Positions 1 to 8,757 of a DNA stretch of 32,000 nucleotides are shown here, piece by piece. The translations under genes and the position numbers were made by a program. This DNA is from Promethearchaeum syntrophicum (GTDB lineage Archaea > Asgardarchaeota > Lokiarchaeia > Sigyniarchaeales > Promethearchaeaceae): contig NZ_CP042905.2 of NCBI RefSeq assembly GCF_008000775.2, forward strand, positions 3,270,001 through 3,302,000. Reading direction: 5' to 3'. Within the stretch, counting starts at the first letter, position 1; every line of letters starts with the position of its first letter. Below the pieces are notes generated by a model. That model worked only from the letters and a program-made list of their open reading frames with translations, had not been told where the DNA came from and did no database searches.

Positions 1-65
1 GAGCTATTCTTCTATTCGTTACTGCAGGGATTATAGGAGCTGCTATCGGCAAAAATAGTAAATAA
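1..65 (+). CDS. 3' end of an unidentified gene entering from the left edge (hydrophobic C-terminus)
   Basis: Frame 3 is open from the window edge and reads AILLFVTAGIIGAAIGKNSK, then TAA at 63-65. The tail is hydrophobic and helix-like. Too short to name. Confidence 0.3.
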   Translation, partial: AILLFVTAGIIGAAIGKNSK

Positions 66-85
66 GCAAATAATTCAATCGTTAG

Positions 86-104
86 TTTTTTTTATTCTTT
101 TTTT
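86..104 (+). terminator. oligo-T tracts (T8 then T7) after the partial + strand gene; archaeal-type terminator candidate
   Basis: T8 at 86-93 and T7 at 98-104, about 20 nt after the TAA at 63-65. Oligo-T is the established archaeal termination signal. Confidence 0.35.
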
Positions 105-118
105 CTAATTTATTATGA

Positions 119-895
119 TTAAAGTAATAAACAAGCTTCAACTGCAAGCCAAAAAATTCTTTCCCTTAACGTCATACCAGCATATTTTTTTTCTAATTGG
201 AAGAAATTACTCCATTCATCCCCACTTACATCATCGCTTCCGTATAAAATTTGACCAATAATTACTCCCCGAAAATTTGCGACAGCAAAAAGAGCCGCCG
301 CCTCCATTTCAACAGTTGAACAACCTTCTTCTTTTCGTAGTGCAATTTTAGCTGGAGTTTCACGATAGAAGGCATCTGTGGTCCATGTTTTTGAAAGTAT
401 ATATTTTACGTTATGTTTCTTCAAAGTTTTTTCAATCGCTTCAATAGCTTTTGCGTTTGCTTCAACTTCCCTGGAAGGGGGGAGATAATGATATGACGTA
501 CCCTCATCTCTTACTGCGGAAACGGGAATAAGCAAAAAATCCTTTAAGCTTTTATCGAGTAAACCGGAGCTTCCACACACAATAAAATTCTTACAACCCA
601 AAGCAATTACATATTCGAAAAGAGCTGCAGATAATGGGGCACCCAGTCCACAATGAAACATTACAAACTTTCCTCCCTCGTTAATGACTTCATATATAGG
701 GTGTTCACCAATTTCACTATGTTCAATATCAATTACTCTTGCTTTTCCATCTTTTACTAATTTATCAATGATTTCTTGAAAGAAAGTTATAATACACGCC
801 TTGGGAATGTCAATCGGTTTAATTAATTCGCTAGGATTGAGTAAGGCTTTTTGGTTTGGATCGAATTCTAAAATAGGAAACTTTTTTTTTAACAT
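119..895 (-). CDS. nucleoside phosphorylase, PNP/UDP family (uridine or purine nucleoside phosphorylase-like)
   Basis: Family-like motifs GLGAPLSAALFEYVIALGCKNFIVCGSSG and STVEMEAAALFAVA. The track start at 922 is a TTG. The first ATG (MLKKKFPILEF) is at 895 and is used here. Confidence 0.7.
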   Translation of the reverse strand: MLKKKFPILEFDPNQKALLNPSELIKPIDIPKACIITFFQEIIDKLVKDGKARVIDIEHSEIGEHPIYEVINEGGKFVMFHCGLGAPLSAALFEYVIALGCKNFIVCGSSGLLDKSLKDFLLIPVSAVRDEGTSYHYLPPSREVEANAKAIEAIEKTLKKHNVKYILSKTWTTDAFYRETPAKIALRKEEGCSTVEMEAAALFAVANFRGVIIGQILYGSDDVSGDEWSNFFQLEKKYAGMTLRERIFWLAVEACLLL

Positions 896-958
896 TATGA
901 CCAATACATTAGAATTGAGCAAAAAAAATATAAATTTTACATTTTTCGATTTACAAAT

Positions 959-1654
959 TTAAGTTGTGGAATTAAGTGTCCAATTATATTGAAAGTATTT
1001 AATTTTTGCATGATCTAAGTTTTCAATTGGTCCTTTCCAATATTTTTTAATAAAAGGTACAATCCCGCCAGCCCATTTTTTAAAATCATTTTTATACCAT
1101 TTGAAAATCGGATTTAAACTAAGAATTTTTGAGGTCTCATCAAATTTAACTTGGGTGAGATTGTTCACAAAATTAAATGATACATTTTCTAATAATTCAT
1201 TTAAATTTTCTCCTTCAAATAAGCGTCCGTAAAGTACAGGACAACTTGAGGACCCACAATTAATTGCGAAATGAACACGGGGATCTTTAAACTTTCGTCT
1301 GATTATTTTCGTTTCTAGTGCTGATAAACTCATCGATTTTCCTGCAATTTTATATTTTCTTAGAACGAAAAATTTCATCCTACTAAATGTTGTTAAATTA
1401 CCTTTCCATTGTTTATTTTTCTTTAATACATCCATAACTGCTTTAATAGTGAAGAGATTATATGCATTTAACCAGAAAGCAAATTCATCATCATGAGAAA
1501 GCGCGCTCACATCCTTTGATTCAAACTCTTTGATTTTATCTAGAAACCAAGTATCATTTTTAATTCGATCATAGTCAACATTATGGTTTTCATCAAGATA
1601 ACGTCCCAATTGAGATAAATTAGAAACATCGTTCGTCGTTTTAGTTTTATTCAT
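959..1654 (-). CDS. DUF547-family protein (function unknown)
   Basis: FWLNAYNLFTIKAV and RVHFAINCGSSSCPVL resemble the DUF547 signature as I remember it. 231-aa ORF with an ATG start. Confidence 0.6.
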   Translation of the reverse strand: MNKTKTTNDVSNLSQLGRYLDENHNVDYDRIKNDTWFLDKIKEFESKDVSALSHDDEFAFWLNAYNLFTIKAVMDVLKKNKQWKGNLTTFSRMKFFVLRKYKIAGKSMSLSALETKIIRRKFKDPRVHFAINCGSSSCPVLYGRLFEGENLNELLENVSFNFVNNLTQVKFDETSKILSLNPIFKWYKNDFKKWAGGIVPFIKKYWKGPIENLDHAKIKYFQYNWTLNSTT

Positions 1655-1712
1655 ACTAATAAAGTAAAGTGAGATTTCAAAAATCCTTTGGCTAAATCAT
1701 ATAGGAGAATTA

Positions 1713-2924
1713 TCAAAAAAGAAGAATTTTAATAATTTTTGGCAAAATATACCAATTTCTAATAGTAAGACCCAAAGCAAATCGTATAAATTCACGATTA
1801 AAAAGTAATTTTCGAACTAATTTCAAGGGAAAATCCATATCGGCGTAATTTTCAACAATTTCCTGCAAATCTCTTGAATTCAAATACATACAAAAAATTT
1901 GATTAAAATCTTCGGATTTGAGTTCCATTAAAATTATCCTTATAAGAAAATGTAATCGCAACTCAGCCCCAATGCTACGTTTAACCAGTTTTTCATAGTT
2001 TTTCCTAAAAAAAAGTTTGGAAAAATCATTTTTCTTCAAAGATTTACTAATGGCAGGCGCCAAAATCTTTGCTGCGGAAATTAACATCACAATACCACCA
2101 CCTGTTGTACCTTTTACCATACATGCAGAATCACCTAATAAAACTGCATTTTTAAATGTAAAGGTTTTTGGATATCCGAAGGGTAGCGCGCCTCCTTGTC
2201 TAGATATTATTTGAGAGGGATCTGCACCAATTTTCTTGAGAAAAGAAGTAAACGCATTGTTAGGATGATCAAAAGTTGCCAGTCCAATTCGACATATCTC
2301 ATTTTCACCTTCTGGAACAATGTAACCGAATAATTCTTTCCATCTTTGATTAAAATACATAGCAGTCTTATCTAAATTATAATTAAATTTCACGCGCGCT
2401 TGGACAGCGGGAATCATTGTATTTTTTATTCCATAACGTTTTGCGACCTTTGAAAATGGACCATCTGCACCTACAATTATTTTTGCTACTATGCCGTGCT
2501 TTGAAGTTTTAATAAATATTTTATTTTTAGTTGTACTCCAATGTGAGAGATATTTCTCTCCTAAATAGTATTTCACGCCCATTTTTTGAGCTTTCTTTCC
2601 AAAAAACTTATCAAACTTTATTCGATCGATAATAACAGGATTTTCATTTCCGGATAATTCGATACTCTGATTATTTGGTGCAACTATCTTTGCAGTTTTA
2701 ACCCTGTTGAGAATTATTGATTTTGGAAATGTTGCTAAATTCAGAATTTTTTGGGAAATTATGCCTGCACATTGAAAAGGCAATCCGAGAATTTCATGTT
2801 CTTCAATTATACAGCATTTCACATTTTGTTCTGCTAAAAGACAAGCCAAATAGTTTCCCGCGATGCTACCACCAATAATACATACATCAATTTCAAAATC
2901 AACATTAAAATTTTGGCGCATCAT
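1713..2924 (-). CDS. FAD-dependent geranylgeranyl reductase family oxidoreductase
   Basis: N-terminal dinucleotide fold DVCIIGGSIAGNYLACLLAEQ, IVGADGPFSKVAKRYG, and LLGDSACMVKGTTGGGI. Length of 403 aa is typical of archaeal GGR-family enzymes. Confidence 0.75.
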   Translation of the reverse strand: MMRQNFNVDFEIDVCIIGGSIAGNYLACLLAEQNVKCCIIEEHEILGLPFQCAGIISQKILNLATFPKSIILNRVKTAKIVAPNNQSIELSGNENPVIIDRIKFDKFFGKKAQKMGVKYYLGEKYLSHWSTTKNKIFIKTSKHGIVAKIIVGADGPFSKVAKRYGIKNTMIPAVQARVKFNYNLDKTAMYFNQRWKELFGYIVPEGENEICRIGLATFDHPNNAFTSFLKKIGADPSQIISRQGGALPFGYPKTFTFKNAVLLGDSACMVKGTTGGGIVMLISAAKILAPAISKSLKKNDFSKLFFRKNYEKLVKRSIGAELRLHFLIRIILMELKSEDFNQIFCMYLNSRDLQEIVENYADMDFPLKLVRKLLFNREFIRFALGLTIRNWYILPKIIKILLF

Positions 2925-2960
2925 GATTATTAATGATTATTAACTAAATAAAATTAATCG

Positions 2961-3890
2961 ATGCTATTACTAGGCGAAGAACTTAATCAAAGGAAAAAAC
3001 CTTCTGAAAAACAAAAAAAAGTTGTTTCTCCATTTATTCCTCAATTTTCCATTCCTAAAGAGCCTGAAGAATCTTGTGATATTGAAGGTAGAGGAAAATA
3101 CTCTTCAAGAAATACTTTAAATAACCTAACTGGAACAGAATGGATAAAATTCACCCGATCATGGTTTGAACATCACCCCCCACCCCGTAATAAAAAGCAA
3201 AATGAACATCTTCATCCCGCCAAATTTCCCGAAGATTTGATTGCCAACTTCATTAATTTTTTTACAAAAGAAGGAATGTGGGTATTAGATCCTTTTGTTG
3301 GAACAGGTTCAACGCTAGTTGCTTGTGATCAGACTAAAAGAAATGGTATTGGAGTAGAACTGACAAAGAAATGGGCAGATATTGCTGCAAATCGAACAGA
3401 TCAATATGTAATATTAGGTGACTGCCGAGATTTAAAGGGTTATAATCTCCCGCTATTAGATTTTTCAATTTCCTCACCTCCTTATTGGGATATGTTAAGT
3501 CACTCACGAGGGGGTTCCAATAGTACTCAAAAAGATAGAATAAAAGCAGGATTTGATGCAAGTTTTTCAGATAATGATTTGGATTTAGCAAATATAGTAG
3601 GATATAAAGATTTTATGGAAGAACTACTTCAGATTTACAAAAATATCTTCGACCTACTCCGTCCTGGTAAATATTGCGCGGTCATCATGCAAAATACTCT
3701 AAAACAAAAACAACAATTCCATCCAGTAGCATGGGAATTTGCTCTAAAAATGAAGGGTTTTGGTTGGCAAATCTGTCAAGAATTTATTTGGTGCCAGCGA
3801 GATAAAAAATTAGGAATTTGGGGATACCCGAATACGTATATATCTAATGTACATCATCATTACATTCTAATTTTCAGAAAACCCAAATAA
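2961..3890 (+). CDS. N4/N6 DNA methyltransferase (PF01555-like motifs, circularly permuted order), orphan
   Basis: HLHPAKFPEDLIANFINFFTKEGMWVLDPFVGTGST (motif X plus AdoMet motif I) lies upstream of DFSISSPPYW (catalytic motif IV). The region after it, LLRPGKYCAVIM...IWCQRDK...HHHYILIFRK, resembles the family core. Confidence 0.75.
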   Translation: MLLLGEELNQRKKPSEKQKKVVSPFIPQFSIPKEPEESCDIEGRGKYSSRNTLNNLTGTEWIKFTRSWFEHHPPPRNKKQNEHLHPAKFPEDLIANFINFFTKEGMWVLDPFVGTGSTLVACDQTKRNGIGVELTKKWADIAANRTDQYVILGDCRDLKGYNLPLLDFSISSPPYWDMLSHSRGGSNSTQKDRIKAGFDASFSDNDLDLANIVGYKDFMEELLQIYKNIFDLLRPGKYCAVIMQNTLKQKQQFHPVAWEFALKMKGFGWQICQEFIWCQRDKKLGIWGYPNTYISNVHHHYILIFRKPK

Positions 3891-3936
3891 GGTATAAATA
3901 CCCAGATTTTTTAAATTCAATATCCTATTTTATTGC

Positions 3937-4149
3937 ATGGTTGAAATTTCGCTCTCAAGTACAATCACATGTCCTCATTGTGGATCAACAGAAGAAATTC
4001 CCTTAACAGATAATTCGTGAGATCTTCGATTAATCTGTCGAAATTGTAATAAAGTGATCGAAGGGGGAGAAAACATTCATGGATGATCATGAGTGTTCTG
4101 TACCTACGGAAATTATCCATGATTGGCAATACAACGAAAAAATTTATAA
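3937..4149 (+). pseudogene. zinc-ribbon ORF interrupted by four in-frame TGA codons (pseudogene or locally recoded gene)
   Basis: Reading from the ATG at 3937 gives MVEISLSSTITCPHCGSTEEIPLTDNS*DLRLICRNCNKVIEGGENIHG*S*VFCTYGNYP*LAIQRKNL, ending in TAA at 4147-4149. The TGAs are at 4018, 4084, 4090 and 4120. The CPHC...CRNC pair spans the first TGA. There is no TAA, TAG or frameshift in 70 codons. Confidence 0.5.
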
Positions 4150-4270
4150 CGTGTTCCCTGTTGCAATGATATTTTTTTGAAACCTCTGGGAAAAAAAAGG
4201 AGCAGTTTGCAAAAACTTGGGGATAGAGAATGAAAAAAAATAATAATATGAAAAAGGTGTAAGCTATATA

Positions 4271-4807
4271 ATGGTTTCAAGTCGAGAGTTATTTAAACAA
4301 GGATATAATGCATCTAATAACAAACAGTATGATAAAGCGAAGAAATTCTATAGAAATTGTTTGGAAATAGATCCTGATTACAGCATGGCCTGGAATAATT
4401 TAGGTTGGATCTTGTACGACCAAAATCAACAATTTAAAGAGGCAGAAAAATGCTACAACCAAGCCCTTAAAGCTGATAAGAAAAATTACTATGCATGGAA
4501 TAATCTCGGGATTCTTTTTTATCGGCATAAGAAAAAATTTAAGCAAGCTGAACGCTATTGGAAAAAATCGGTCAAATTATACCCGGATTTTAAAATGGCT
4601 TGGCAGAATTTAGGTGTTTTATATAAATTTCAATTGAGAAATCCAAAAAAATCAGATAATTGCTATCAACGGGTTACAGACCTAGATAAAAAAAATAAAT
4701 CTAATTCTGGAAATATTTCTGATATAATCCATTACAAATGTAAAGAATGTGGAAATCCTATGGAAAAAAATCAAATTATTTGTGAAAAATGTGGATTTTC
4801 TGAATAA
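4271..4807 (+). CDS. TPR-repeat protein with C-terminal zinc ribbon
   Basis: Repeated W-N-N-L-G...A...Y..AL TPR-like units (AWNNLGWILYDQ, AWNNLGILFYRH, AWQNLGVLYKFQ). C-terminal CKECGNPMEKNQIICEKCG. AGGTG lies 13 nt upstream of the ATG. Confidence 0.7.
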   Translation: MVSSRELFKQGYNASNNKQYDKAKKFYRNCLEIDPDYSMAWNNLGWILYDQNQQFKEAEKCYNQALKADKKNYYAWNNLGILFYRHKKKFKQAERYWKKSVKLYPDFKMAWQNLGVLYKFQLRNPKKSDNCYQRVTDLDKKNKSNSGNISDIIHYKCKECGNPMEKNQIICEKCGFSE

Positions 4808-4824
4808 TAGGAAAAAAAACCAAT

Positions 4825-7158
4825 TTAATTTTCTAAAACCGATTGAATTATCAGTAGAAGGTCTCCCATAGTATAAGGTTTTGGCAAGAAGGTATCGATT
4901 TTATTGATTTCACACTCTTCATTAAGCTTCTCAGAACCCATTCCGCTTGATAAGATATATTTTGTATTATAATCGAGTTTTTCTCTGATATTTCGGATAC
5001 ATTTAATACCACCTGTATGCGGCATTATATAGTCAACAATAAAAAGATCAATTCGTTTATTCCTTTTCAATATTTCATGGATATTTTTACATGAATTAGC
5101 TATTAATACATTATATCCAAATTTCTTTAGAATTTTTATAGTATATTCAAGAATTTCTTCGTTGTCGTCAATTACTAAAATGGTTTCATGAGCTTTAGAA
5201 TATATCAATTCTTCTTCTTTCGTTTTAGCAATTGGGCTCTCTGCTTTCTCATTAACAGGCAAAAATATCTTAAATCTGGTTCCACGATCGACTTCCGAGT
5301 AACATTGGATTGATCCATTATGTTGTTGAATAATATTATAAACAATAGAAAGCCCTAAACCGGTACCTTTACCATGGGGTTTTGTTGAATAATATGGTTC
5401 AAAAAGATGCTCTAATACTTCTTGAGACATACCTATTCCTGTATCTGTTATGGTTATACTTATATATTTTCCTGGAGTCAAATTTGCAAACATTTCACAA
5501 AATAAGTCATCAAGAATTACTTCATCTGTTTTAATTGATATTTTTCCACCATCTTGTAATGCATCTCGAGCATTTAAAACAAGGTTCATTATAACTTGTT
5601 GAATACTTGTGCTATTACCATAAATCGGATCCATATCTTCAGATAATTCAAGATTAATTTCAACCATTTTTGGAATTGAATGCTTCAAAATTGAATAAAT
5701 CTCTAATATCTCATCATTTATATTAATCGAAGAAAATTCTACATTATGTATCTTTGATAGTGTTAGTAATTGATGAGTTATCTCTGCTCCATGTTCTGCT
5801 GCAGATTTTATTTTAAATAGTGAATCCAATATCTCTTTATCTTTATCATTATTATTCTCAAATTCCAACAATATTAAATCAAGATGCCCGAAAACCGCTT
5901 GGAGTAAATTATTAAAATCATGGGCAATACCGCCAGCTAAATTTCCAATGGATTCCATTTTCTGAATTTTTAATAATTGTTTATTTTTCTCTTTAAGTCT
6001 TTTTTCAATTTCTTCCAGATTTGATATATCGCGAGATATAGCAATGAAACCAATGAGATTTTTTTTAGATGCATCATATTTTGGGGTAATGTTCACTAGA
6101 AAGGGAATCTGTTTACCATCTTTATTTTTTAAATGAATTTTAGCATTTCGTATTAGAACCCCTTTTTGATTTTTTTTCACCACTTTTTTTAAATCCTTAA
6201 GTTCTTTGAGATTAAACATATTTTGATATTTGTGATAGGATGGTTCGTTTACATGATATCCTAAAACTTTATAATGAGCTTCATTTGAATATGTACAGTT
6301 ACCTGATAGATCATATTCATAAATCCCTTCATCCATGGTTTCAACTAATTCTTGAAATCTCCCTTGACTCAGTTCAAGTTTTTCTTCAAGAGATTTTCTT
6401 AATCTTACTTTAGCATCATTAGAATTTTTAATAAGGGTTTCAATAATACGATTATCACGAGTAAAGGTGATTCCAGTTATCAGGGCTCCAACCGAAAATC
6501 CAATCATCATAGAACCCGGAAAAGTTTGTAGCAGTTTGAAGGCATAAATTATTGGTGAAATAATCCCAAAAATAATACCTCCAATTAATGTCCACATAGT
6601 TATTTTTTTTAATTCAGCGGGAGTTTTAAGAAAAATTTGAAGACAATAGTAAAAAAACAAAAAACATGTGAAAATACTTAAAATTATCATCCAAAAATCT
6701 AAAAATCCCGAAGTTAAAAAAGTTCCATGACCCGAAGGAAGAAAACGATCCAATACTGAACTTGGATTGAAAAGAGAAAGAATAGTTCCTCCAATAATCA
6801 CCCCCAATACAATCATTTTTTTTGCATCATAGAAATAATCAATATACAAATCCAAGCTGAGAGTAAAGAATACTGCGGTAATTAGAAGATAAATAAATGA
6901 AATTCTGAAAAGTATATGATCTAAAATTAAATATGCGATTCCAGCACTTAGACAATAAAATCCAAAAAAAATCCATGCAATCATTAGAAAAGAGATAATT
7001 TTATGCTTAAATTTTCTATTTTGAAAATAGAGAATAATAGAAGTGATTGTAAATAATAGAAATGAAAAGAAATGAGTAAAAATTTCAATATTCCAATTAA
7101 GTGAACTAATATCCATTAACAAATAATTTAAATTTTTGATGTTAATAAAACTAGACAT
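4825..7158 (-). CDS. hybrid sensor histidine kinase (about 7 TM N-terminal domain, PAS, HisKA, HATPase, C-terminal receiver)
   Basis: About seven hydrophobic helices in the first 235 aa. H-box GGIAHDFNNLLQAVFGH, N-box MNLVLNARDAL, and DTGIGM plus GTGLGLS G-boxes. Receiver segment ILVIDDNEEILEY...DLFIVDYIMPHTGG...LPKPY. GGAGGGA SD before the ATG. Confidence 0.85.
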   Translation of the reverse strand: MSSFINIKNLNYLLMDISSLNWNIEIFTHFFSFLLFTITSIILYFQNRKFKHKIISFLMIAWIFFGFYCLSAGIAYLILDHILFRISFIYLLITAVFFTLSLDLYIDYFYDAKKMIVLGVIIGGTILSLFNPSSVLDRFLPSGHGTFLTSGFLDFWMIILSIFTCFLFFYYCLQIFLKTPAELKKITMWTLIGGIIFGIISPIIYAFKLLQTFPGSMMIGFSVGALITGITFTRDNRIIETLIKNSNDAKVRLRKSLEEKLELSQGRFQELVETMDEGIYEYDLSGNCTYSNEAHYKVLGYHVNEPSYHKYQNMFNLKELKDLKKVVKKNQKGVLIRNAKIHLKNKDGKQIPFLVNITPKYDASKKNLIGFIAISRDISNLEEIEKRLKEKNKQLLKIQKMESIGNLAGGIAHDFNNLLQAVFGHLDLILLEFENNNDKDKEILDSLFKIKSAAEHGAEITHQLLTLSKIHNVEFSSININDEILEIYSILKHSIPKMVEINLELSEDMDPIYGNSTSIQQVIMNLVLNARDALQDGGKISIKTDEVILDDLFCEMFANLTPGKYISITITDTGIGMSQEVLEHLFEPYYSTKPHGKGTGLGLSIVYNIIQQHNGSIQCYSEVDRGTRFKIFLPVNEKAESPIAKTKEEELIYSKAHETILVIDDNEEILEYTIKILKKFGYNVLIANSCKNIHEILKRNKRIDLFIVDYIMPHTGGIKCIRNIREKLDYNTKYILSSGMGSEKLNEECEINKIDTFLPKPYTMGDLLLIIQSVLEN

Positions 7159-7252
7159 TTAAAACTCCCTCCAAAATTGTTTTTGGAAAGAACTTTAGAA
7201 AAAAACCATAGAAATAAGAGAATAACTACACATGAGTATTAAAATAAGACAT

Positions 7253-7624
7253 TTACTCTGTTTTTGGATTTCTAGTCTGTTCAATAAAATTTATGATAAT
7301 TTCATCGATGTTTGGATAAAAACCAACGATTCTATCTTCCTGTTTATTCTCGCTTTGGAAGACTACACGCTTTCCATCTACGAAAAACATCATTGTTGGG
7401 ATCGACATGATTTGTAACCCTTGGGCAAACTCTTGGTTTTTGTCAATGTCTATTTTCACTATTGCTACATCTTCATCCTTTTCAAATACGGGAACTACTT
7501 TCGATTCCAAGACCTTTGCTATACTTTTGCATGGTCCACACCAATCTGCAAAACAATCGACTATAACGATTTTTTTCTCTTGAATTATTTTTTCAAGTTC
7601 TACTTGAGTGACAACTTTTACCAT
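7253..7624 (-). CDS. thioredoxin
   Basis: WCGPCK active-site motif in a 123-aa ORF with a thioredoxin-like layout (IVIVDCFADWCGPCK...MSIPTMMFF). Confidence 0.85.
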   Translation of the reverse strand: MVKVVTQVELEKIIQEKKIVIVDCFADWCGPCKSIAKVLESKVVPVFEKDEDVAIVKIDIDKNQEFAQGLQIMSIPTMMFFVDGKRVVFQSENKQEDRIVGFYPNIDEIIINFIEQTRNPKTE

Positions 7625-7697
7625 TAAAATTCACTTGTAATTTTATTATTTTCTTTTTTCCTTTTAATTTTATTATTAAAATTAAAAACTCGATTGG

Positions 7698-7720
7698 AGT
7701 AAATAATGAAAAAATATAGG
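7698..7720 (-). repeat. copy 1 of a 23-bp exact repeat in a gene 3' flank (terminator-like; reads CCTATATTTTTTCATTATTTACT on the - strand)
   Basis: agtaaataatgaaaaaatatagg is identical to 18105-18127. It lies 31 nt after the stop of the ABC ATPase gene (stop at 7752-7754) and contains a T6 tract on the transcribed strand. Confidence 0.4.
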
Positions 7721-7751
7721 AAAAAGCAAAAAATTTCTTAAAAGAATGTAA

Positions 7752-8744
7752 CTATTTATAAGATTCAATCCCTTTTTTACGACACCAAACAATATGTCCC
7801 TCAGAAATATTTATTTCTTCAGGAATCTCTTCATTACAGACAGTTGTGATGCCTTGTTGGAAAAGAGGACAGCGCGGATGAAAAGTACAACCTTCCGGAG
7901 GATTCACTGGAGAAGGAATTTCACCTTCTAAAATCTGTTCTTCATGTTTTTCTTCTATATTTATAACAGGTCGAGAAGATAAAAGTGCTCTTGTGTATGG
8001 ATGAATGGGATTATCGAAAATATTTTTAACAGATCCTGTTTCCACAAATTTTCCAAGATACATGACCGCAATTCTATCTGCAATATATCTAACGACACTC
8101 AAATCATGAGTTATGAATATATAAGAAAAATTGAACTGTCGTTGCAATTTTTTCAAGAGATTTAAAATTTGGGCTTGAACAGAGACATCTAGCGCTGAGG
8201 TTGGTTCATCCAAAATAATAATTTCAGGATTAAGAGCTAATGCCCTAGCAATCACAATTCTTTGTTTCTGACCCCCAGAAAATTCATGAGGATATCTATC
8301 AAGATGTTCTTTTTTCATGGAAACTATTTGAAGTAATTTATAAGCTCTCGAACGTAATTCAACAGTGTTTGTAATCCCTTCTAAAATACGAATTGGTTCG
8401 GAAATTAGATCTACAATCTTCATTCGGGGATTTAAAGATGAATCAGGATCTTGAAATACTAATTGAATCTTTCTACGCAATCCTCTTGGAAGATCTTTTG
8501 ATATATCATTATCCTTATAAATTATTTCTCCTTCAGTAGGGGACACCAAATGTAAAATTGTTTTTCCTATTGTTGTTTTTCCACATCCACTCTCTCCCAC
8601 CAACCCTAATGTCTCACCATATTTGAGATTGAATGAAACATCATTAACTGCTTTTAGATCATTGACATGTCTTTTAAACAAGCCACCTAATACAGGATAA
8701 AAGGTTTTTAAATTTTTTACTTTTAATATAATATCTGAATTCAT
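7752..8744 (-). CDS. oligopeptide/dipeptide ABC transporter ATP-binding protein (OppF/DppF-like)
   Basis: Walker A GESGCGKT, signature FSGGQKQR, Walker B IIILDEPTSALD. Cys-containing Opp-type C-terminal domain (GCTFHPRCP...). GGAG SD before the ATG. Confidence 0.9.
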   Translation of the reverse strand: MNSDIILKVKNLKTFYPVLGGLFKRHVNDLKAVNDVSFNLKYGETLGLVGESGCGKTTIGKTILHLVSPTEGEIIYKDNDISKDLPRGLRRKIQLVFQDPDSSLNPRMKIVDLISEPIRILEGITNTVELRSRAYKLLQIVSMKKEHLDRYPHEFSGGQKQRIVIARALALNPEIIILDEPTSALDVSVQAQILNLLKKLQRQFNFSYIFITHDLSVVRYIADRIAVMYLGKFVETGSVKNIFDNPIHPYTRALLSSRPVINIEEKHEEQILEGEIPSPVNPPEGCTFHPRCPLFQQGITTVCNEEIPEEINISEGHIVWCRKKGIESYK

Positions 8745-8757
8745 TTTCTTATCTCCT

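Noticed and set aside
3937-4149. Selenocysteine or genome-wide TGA reassignment as the explanation for the four in-frame TGAs.
   Set aside because: Four Sec codons in 70 residues with no obvious GC-rich SECIS-like hairpin downstream is implausible. All conserved genes in the window are full length under the standard code and use TGG for Trp, and the JAMM gene appears to terminate at a TGA. Only local read-through or a plain pseudogene remain as options.
2961-4149. A complete restriction-modification system around the methyltransferase.
   Set aside because: No neighbouring ORF has the size or motifs of an endonuclease. The only adjacent candidate is the 70-codon broken zinc-ribbon frame. The methyltransferase is called as orphan.
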